The notes beneath the pieces are model-generated. The model had not been told where the DNA came from and searched no databases. It saw only the letters and a list, made by a program, of their open reading frames with translations. Shown here piece by piece: positions 58,024-64,000 of a stretch of 64,000 nt of DNA (positions are counted from its first letter, which is position 1; every line of letters begins with the position of its first letter). This DNA is from Candidatus Levyibacteriota bacterium. GTDB lineage: Bacteria > Patescibacteriota > Microgenomatia > Levybacterales > UBA12049. Both the position numbers and the translations under genes were made by a program. Location of the stretch: assembly GCA_030651475.1 (NCBI GenBank), contig JAUSEW010000002.1, positions 19,927 through 83,926 of the forward strand, in the 5' to 3' direction.

Positions 58024-59400
58024 TTATTTTTCAAGCGCGATAATTTTGAGCTGTGTTAATTCGCGAAATCCATGTTCTCCATGCTCGCGTCCCATCCCTG
58101 AATTCTTATATCCGCCAAAAGGATTACAGGGCAGCCAATGATTCCCTTGATTAATATCAATTGCACCTGCATCTATCTTAGATATCATCTTGAGAGCGCG
58201 ATTTTTGTCTTTGCAATAAATCTGCGCGCCCAAGCCATAGCTGGTATCGTTGGCAAGTTCTATCGCTTCCTGTTCTGTTTTAAAAGGTACAATTACCAGG
58301 ACGGGACCAAAGGTTTCCTCTGCCCAAACCCTCATATTTTTCTTAACATTAGTTAAGATAGTTGGTAGATAATAAGCGCCTTTCAAATCTCTTGGTCTTC
58401 TTCCGCCGGTAATAATTTTAGCCCCTTTTCTAATCGCATCCTCAACTTGCGATTCAAGCAGATCTAATTGTCTTTTTGCCGCTAGGCTTCCGATATCTGT
58501 GTTTTTATTTTGCGGATCGTTGACTATTTTTGTCTCAATTAACGCTTTGAGTTCTTTCACGATTTTATCAAAAATCGATTCGTGTACGATTAATCTTTTT
58601 ACAGCATCGCAAACCTGACCGCAATTCAAAAACCTCCTGATATAAATCTTGCTAATAATTTCTTCTACGTTTACGTCAGCAAAAACAATCGCCGGATTTG
58701 ATCCTCCCATTTCCAGAACGGTCTTGATAAATTTCCGGCCGGCAATTTCATAAAGTTTTTTTCCTACCTTCGTACTGCCTGTAAACCAGATAAGATTAAC
58801 ATCTTGGTTTGCTAATTGTTCGCCGACTTTGCCATCGCCATAAACTTCAGCAAATACGCCTTTTGGAAGCTGGCTTTTATTCATAACTTCTTCTATAAAC
58901 TTTCCCGTCAGGGGACATTCTTCAGAATGTTTGAATACTACGGTATTTCCGGCAATTAGATTAGGAATTACTGCCCAAAGAAATGTATCGAAAGGGAAAT
59001 TCCATGGTGTTATGACTGCGGCAACACCGATTGGCTCATAAACTATTTTATGAACGGATTTATCATCTTCAAAAGTTTTCTCCGCAGCTAAATATTTTTC
59101 GCCATTTTCCAAAAACCATTTAAAGTAACCTTCGTCCCAAGCGATATCATCCAGGCTTTCCGTTATCGGCTTACCTATTTCTTTGGTGATAAGAAGAGCA
59201 AGCTCTGCTTTTTTACTCATGAATTCGCTAAGAAGCGGTTTGATTAGCTCAATTCTTTTTGCAACTCCAAGTTCTTTCCAGAGAGTTTTTGCTTTTTGAG
59301 CCATTGCCACTTTCTGTTTTATTTCGGAAAGAGTAGAAATGGGAACAGAGCCAACTTGTTCATAATTTCGAGCAGGATTAGTAGAGATTAGTTGCTTCAT
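58024..59400 (-). CDS. aldehyde dehydrogenase
   Basis: ITPWNFP, FTGS, LEMGG, GQVC, EETFGP; start moved to ATG 59400 because the longer ORF overlaps the tRNA. Confidence 0.95.
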   Translation of the reverse strand: MKQLISTNPARNYEQVGSVPISTLSEIKQKVAMAQKAKTLWKELGVAKRIELIKPLLSEFMSKKAELALLITKEIGKPITESLDDIAWDEGYFKWFLENGEKYLAAEKTFEDDKSVHKIVYEPIGVAAVITPWNFPFDTFLWAVIPNLIAGNTVVFKHSEECPLTGKFIEEVMNKSQLPKGVFAEVYGDGKVGEQLANQDVNLIWFTGSTKVGKKLYEIAGRKFIKTVLEMGGSNPAIVFADVNVEEIISKIYIRRFLNCGQVCDAVKRLIVHESIFDKIVKELKALIETKIVNDPQNKNTDIGSLAAKRQLDLLESQVEDAIRKGAKIITGGRRPRDLKGAYYLPTILTNVKKNMRVWAEETFGPVLVIVPFKTEQEAIELANDTSYGLGAQIYCKDKNRALKMISKIDAGAIDINQGNHWLPCNPFGGYKNSGMGREHGEHGFRELTQLKIIALEK

Positions 59401-59451
59401 TATTATTTGTTGATAGGGAATATCGAAAAGTATATAATATGTTGAGGTTTT

Positions 59452-59534
59452 GGGCAAGTGGCGGAATGGTATACGCGGTAGTCTCAAAAACTACTGGTCG
59501 CAAGGCCATGAGGGTTCGACTCCCTCTTTGCCCA
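59452..59534 (+). tRNA. tRNA-Leu(CAA), CCA not encoded
   Basis: acceptor GGGCAAG/TTTGCCC, anticodon arm GTAGT-CTCAAAA-ACTAC, long variable arm, GGTTCGAC T-loop. Confidence 0.96.
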
Positions 59535-59541
59535 CAAAAAT

Positions 59542-62085
59542 ATGGCAGAAAAAAACACAAAAAATGTAAGACTCCCGAATCATGTTGTTCCAGAGCGTTA
59601 TTCGATAACTCTTTTTCCCAATCTTAATGAATTTACTTTTAAAGGAGAAGAGGAGATTCTTCTGGAATTTACAAAATCTGCGAAAGAAATTACTCTTCAC
59701 GCGGCAGAATTGGAGATTGAATCTTGCGAAATGCTTGTGGGGGCAAAAAAAATGAAAGCTCAAAATATTTCCTATGATGAGCAATCTGAAACTGCAACAA
59801 TTTCATTTGACAGAGTTGTTTCAAAAGGTCAAAGCAAATTAAAACTTAATTTTACAGGAATTTTGAATGACAAGATGCGTGGATTTTATAGAAGTAAATA
59901 TGAAATTGAGGGAAAAGATCACCATATGGCTGTTACGCAATTTGAATCAACAGATGCAAGACGGGCTTTTCCTTCATTTGATGAACCGGCAAAAAAAGTA
60001 ATTTTTGACGTTCGGCTAATTGTTCCGCAAGATCATACTGCAATTTCAAATACTATCGAAACAGAAATTGCAGAGCATTCGCCCGGATATAAAATTGTCA
60101 CATTTGAACCAACTCCTAAAATGTCAACCTATCTTTTGGCTTTTATCGTTGGGAAATTTGAGCATATAGAGACCAAAACAAAAGCTGATGTAAAAGTTAG
60201 GGTTTTTACAACCCCCGGTAAAAAACACCAAGCCAAATTTGCTTTGGAAACAGCAGTGAAGGTTCTGGAATTCTACGAAGAATATTTTGGAATTCCATAT
60301 CCTTTGCCTGTTTTAGATCTAATCGCGATTCCGGATTTTGCTGCCGGGGCAATGGAAAATTGGGGAGCAGTCACATATCGCGAAACAGCATTATTAGTTG
60401 ACGAAGAACTTTCTTCAACAGCGAACAGACAGCACGTTGCGCTTGTCATCGCGCATGAATTGGCGCACATGTGGTTTGGGAATTTGGTGACAATGGAATG
60501 GTGGACGCATTTGTGGCTTAATGAAGGATTTGCGTCATACATAGAATATTTGGCAGTTGATCATTTATTCCCTGCCTGGCATGTCTGGACGCAATTTGTT
60601 TTTATGGATCATGCAAGAGCTCTAGGGCTGGATGGGTTGAAAAATACACATCAGATTGAAGTCGAGGTATATCATTCATTGGAAATAAGTGAAATTTTCG
60701 ATGCAGTCAGTTATTCAAAAGGAGCATCAATCATAAGAATGCTGGCCGCTTATTTGGGGGAAAAAGTTTTCCAAAAAGGCCTTCAGGCGTATCTAAAAAA
60801 ACATCAATATGCCAATGCAAAAACGATAGATTTATGGGCATCTTTGGAAAAAGTATCCGGAAAAAAAGTGCAAAAAATTATGGAAAATTGGACAGGCAAA
60901 CCCGGATATCCATTGGTAAATATTTCAGATGTAGGCAAAAAATTAAAACTTACTCAAGCAAGATTTTTTTCCAGCCCCATTTCCGCAAAGGAATCAAAAG
61001 ACAAAACACTTTGGTCAATTCCCTTAGATTCTCTTCTATTTTCCAAAAAATCTCTTTTTATACCAAAATCAAAAGGATGGGTGAAATTTAATAGGGGAGA
61101 AACCAGCTTTATTCGCGTTCAGTATCCGTCCTCTCTTTTGAAATTGTTGGGAAAACCAATAAGCGAAAAAGTTCTGTCTCCGGAGGACCGCTATGGATTA
61201 ATTAGAGATGTATTTATGCTGGCTCAATCAGGACACAGTTCAACTGTTGATGCTTTACGTCTGACGCAGACTTTTGAAAAAGAAGATGATTATATAGTTT
61301 GGGTAGAAATTGCCTCTAATTTGCATTCGATTGATAATCTGATTTTTAAAGAAAATTTTTATGAGGAATATAGATCTTTTTGCCGAAAAGTTTTTAAGCC
61401 AATTGCCGAAAAATTAGGATGGAATAAAAAAGAAGGGGAGTCGCATTTTCAAACACTTTTAAGAAGTATGGCTTTGTATGGGTTAGGAACAAATGGGGAA
61501 GAAAGCATTATTCAAAAAGCAAAAGAATTTTTTGAGAAATCTGTTTTGGGAAGAACTAAACTGGATTCTGATTTGCGAAGCGTTGTTTATAATTTGGTTG
61601 CGGAAAATGGAGGAGAAAAAGAGTATTTAGAGCTTAAAAATCTTTATGCAGGGACTCCTTTTCAGGAAGAGAAAGACCGTATCTTTAGGGCGCTTTGTTC
61701 GTTTAGAAACGAAAACTTACTGGAAAAATCACTGGAAATGGCATTTTCGGAAAAAATGAGAGCTACCGATCGAGTTAAGGCAGTGAGTTTCGTTTGGGCA
61801 AATCCTCTGGGACAAGATTTGGCTTGGGAGCATGTTAAGAAAAACTGGAAATCAATTCAGAAGACCTTTGCCGGAGGACATCTATATTCGAGATTTATTC
61901 AACCGGCTGTTAATTTCGTAGACAGCAAAAAAGCCAAAGAAATAGAAGATTTTTTCAAAAAAAATACGCCAAAAGGGCTTGAGCGGACAATAGCTCAAGT
62001 TGCAGAACAAATTCGGGCAAATGATCTTTGGTTAAAACGGGACAGAACCAAAATCTCCGTGTTTCTTCGTCAGACAACGAATTAG
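59542..62085 (+). CDS. pepN: M1 family aminopeptidase
   Basis: GAMENWG, HELAH...WLNEG, YSKG. Confidence 0.95.
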   Translation: MAEKNTKNVRLPNHVVPERYSITLFPNLNEFTFKGEEEILLEFTKSAKEITLHAAELEIESCEMLVGAKKMKAQNISYDEQSETATISFDRVVSKGQSKLKLNFTGILNDKMRGFYRSKYEIEGKDHHMAVTQFESTDARRAFPSFDEPAKKVIFDVRLIVPQDHTAISNTIETEIAEHSPGYKIVTFEPTPKMSTYLLAFIVGKFEHIETKTKADVKVRVFTTPGKKHQAKFALETAVKVLEFYEEYFGIPYPLPVLDLIAIPDFAAGAMENWGAVTYRETALLVDEELSSTANRQHVALVIAHELAHMWFGNLVTMEWWTHLWLNEGFASYIEYLAVDHLFPAWHVWTQFVFMDHARALGLDGLKNTHQIEVEVYHSLEISEIFDAVSYSKGASIIRMLAAYLGEKVFQKGLQAYLKKHQYANAKTIDLWASLEKVSGKKVQKIMENWTGKPGYPLVNISDVGKKLKLTQARFFSSPISAKESKDKTLWSIPLDSLLFSKKSLFIPKSKGWVKFNRGETSFIRVQYPSSLLKLLGKPISEKVLSPEDRYGLIRDVFMLAQSGHSSTVDALRLTQTFEKEDDYIVWVEIASNLHSIDNLIFKENFYEEYRSFCRKVFKPIAEKLGWNKKEGESHFQTLLRSMALYGLGTNGEESIIQKAKEFFEKSVLGRTKLDSDLRSVVYNLVAENGGEKEYLELKNLYAGTPFQEEKDRIFRALCSFRNENLLEKSLEMAFSEKMRATDRVKAVSFVWANPLGQDLAWEHVKKNWKSIQKTFAGGHLYSRFIQPAVNFVDSKKAKEIEDFFKKNTPKGLERTIAQVAEQIRANDLWLKRDRTKISVFLRQTTN

Positions 62086-62148
62086 ATTGATAATTGCAGC
62101 GCGCTCGTTTTATGAGTATAATTGAAAAACCTTTAACAATTTTATTTT

Positions 62149-62703
62149 ATGATTCCAGTGACATCACTTAGAAGCGGTATTACTTTCAGAGAGGACGGCG
62201 ATATTTTCGTAATCGTTTCCTACAGCCATCTCCATCTTAGAAAAACAAGCGCGGTTGTTAAGGTAAAGGCGAGAAATATCAGAAACGGTTCTTTGGTTGA
62301 GAAAAGTTTTGGCAGCAATGCGAAAGTGAACGATGTGCATGTTGAGAAAAAGGATTTGCAATTTCTTTATAAAGACGCTGACAGCGCGTATTTTATGAAT
62401 CCTACGACTTTTGATCAAATTACCATTCCTCTTTCGGTAATTTTAGATTATCAATACCTAAAAGAAGGAGCTTCCTTTACCATCAGCTTTTTGGGAGAAG
62501 ATCCAATAGCTGTAGCTTTTCCTCCCAAAATGGATTTTAAGGTTACGGAAACAGGTCCGTCGGTCAGGGGAAATTCCGCAACCAATGTTTTTAAAGACGC
62601 GACTTTGGAAAACGGACTTAAGACAAAAATTCCTTTATTTGTCGATGCCGGCGATATAATCCGTGTGGATACCAGGACAGGGGAGTACAGCGAAAAAGCC
62701 TAA
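62149..62703 (+). CDS. efp: elongation factor P
   Basis: QFLY, FMNPTTFDQ, RGNSA, ATLENG, PLFV, VDTRTGEY. Confidence 0.93.
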   Translation: MIPVTSLRSGITFREDGDIFVIVSYSHLHLRKTSAVVKVKARNIRNGSLVEKSFGSNAKVNDVHVEKKDLQFLYKDADSAYFMNPTTFDQITIPLSVILDYQYLKEGASFTISFLGEDPIAVAFPPKMDFKVTETGPSVRGNSATNVFKDATLENGLKTKIPLFVDAGDIIRVDTRTGEYSEKA

Positions 62704-62712
62704 ATAGAATCT

Positions 62713-63981
62713 ATGACTAACGATATTTTCAAGGTTTTGAAGGTTAGGCCATTTCTCTTTATGATGGTTTCCGAGTTCTTTTCCCAATTTGCTTTCAACA
62801 TGCAGAATTTCGTGCTGATATTTATTGTCTATGGGATTACCCATTCCAATACTGCGGTTTCCGGAATAGTGCTTTCGTTTACCATACCCGCAGTTTTCTT
62901 AAGCTTGGTAAGCGGGGTATATGTGGATAGATGGGATAAGAAAAAAGTGCTGTTTTTTACCAATCTTATTCGGGGGCTACTGCTTTTGTTTTTCTTAATC
63001 CCAAACCTTCATGTTGGGTTTATCTACACTCTTACATTTTTCATCGCTGTTGCAACGCAATTTTTTATCCCCGCGGAATCTGCTTTTATTCCAAGACTTG
63101 TTCCTCAAAGACTTATTTTGTCCGCCAATTCAATCTTTTCCTTAGGAATATACAGTACTATTTTGATAGGCTATGTGGTTTCAGGACCTTCGCTTCTTCT
63201 TTTGGGGAAAAATGCCACGATAATTTTTCTTTCATCATTATTTCTGCTGGCATCTCTGGCAACGCTTCTTATAAAACCCCTAACTAAAGGAAATGCCATG
63301 GAATTACAGCCAAAAAACAATGGCGTTTCGGATTTAAAGCTTGAGATACAGGAGATATTTACTTTTCTTTCAAAAGCCAAAAAAGTAATGAGGGCGTTAA
63401 TTGCCATAACGTTGGCGCAGGCAATAATTTTCACCTTTTCGGTATTGGCTCCGGGATATATGACCAGCATTCTGAATGTCCAGATAGAAAGCCTTTCCTG
63501 GATTTTGCTTGCTCCTGCTGGTTTGGGAATGGGATTTGGCGCGCTTTTGCTAGGCACTATTGGCAAAAGATATGAGCATAAGTGGCTTATCAAAGTTGGT
63601 TTTATAATTTCAGGCGTTATCTTTATTCTTTTTCCCTTCGCCAGCAAAGTCACGTCCAGAGCATTCATACAAACCCTAAATGATTTCTTGCCCAACTTTC
63701 TAGATGTAACCATATTGCATTTAGTAATTGTCCTGGCTTTTATTGTAGGTTTTGCCAATTCTTTGATTTTCGTTACCTCAAATACCGCAATCCAAGTTTC
63801 GGCAGGGGAGGGAATTAGAGGAAGAATATACGGGCTTTTAAATGCTTTGGTTGGGGCAGTTTCATTTCTCCCCGTAGTTTTGGCAGGAGCACTCGCTGAT
63901 CTCTTGGGAGTCGGAACTGTAATTACAGCGATAGGAATTTTGATGCTTTTAGTTGCTGTTCTATTTTCTGTCTTCGATTGA
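62713..63981 (+). CDS. MFS transporter (DHA3/MefA-like)
   Basis: GVYVDRWDKK, about 12 hydrophobic segments. Confidence 0.88.
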   Translation: MTNDIFKVLKVRPFLFMMVSEFFSQFAFNMQNFVLIFIVYGITHSNTAVSGIVLSFTIPAVFLSLVSGVYVDRWDKKKVLFFTNLIRGLLLLFFLIPNLHVGFIYTLTFFIAVATQFFIPAESAFIPRLVPQRLILSANSIFSLGIYSTILIGYVVSGPSLLLLGKNATIIFLSSLFLLASLATLLIKPLTKGNAMELQPKNNGVSDLKLEIQEIFTFLSKAKKVMRALIAITLAQAIIFTFSVLAPGYMTSILNVQIESLSWILLAPAGLGMGFGALLLGTIGKRYEHKWLIKVGFIISGVIFILFPFASKVTSRAFIQTLNDFLPNFLDVTILHLVIVLAFIVGFANSLIFVTSNTAIQVSAGEGIRGRIYGLLNALVGAVSFLPVVLAGALADLLGVGTVITAIGILMLLVAVLFSVFD

Positions 63982-64000
63982 AATTATGTATTTTTTATTC

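Noticed and set aside
59401-59487. N-terminal extension of the aldehyde dehydrogenase ORF
   Set aside because: Overlaps tRNA-Leu and its promoter; true start is likely 59400.
59452-59541. tRNA-Leu as an island integration site
   Set aside because: No duplicated tRNA 3' end or integrase seen in the window.
740-63758. Many 60-190 aa ORFs antisense or out of frame within assigned genes
   Set aside because: Shadow ORFs of well-supported genes with no motifs of their own.
1-64000. CRISPR array, prophage, IS element or a second VR
   Set aside because: No regularly spaced repeat-spacer array, phage structural genes, integrase, transposase or further TR match seen by eye.

Overview
Chromosomal window from a small-genome bacterium; gene content, leaderless-style promoters and short palindromic repeats are consistent with a CPR/Patescibacteria (Microgenomates-like) organism, which is an inference. 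Housekeeping blocks (frr-ino1-rseP, pgl-zwf-gnd, proS, rpsU-ybeY-dnaX-ybaB-prs-recR, cysS, ychF, rpsF-ssb-rpsR, prfA-rpmE-hisS, dnaB, tRNA-Leu(CAA), pepN, efp) surround an accessory zone of about 21.7-43.2 kb. The main feature is a complete diversity-generating retroelement (DGR): target gene 27324-28109 with VR 27971-28096, TR 28431-28556 (25 of 27 TR/VR differences at TR adenines), an antisense avd, and an RT. The avd 5' end carries a (CA)10 microsatellite that puts its only plausible ATG out of frame; loss of one repeat unit restores a 128-aa Avd, suggesting a phase-variable ON/OFF switch for hypermutation. Other signals: a TrpR-like gene bracketed by two dif-like 26-bp palindromes, several families of palindromic micro-elements inserted in frame in core enzymes, a recurring AAAATTCCCCAA motif at accessory-gene boundaries, and a candidate antisense small RNA at the end of a DUF3800 gene.
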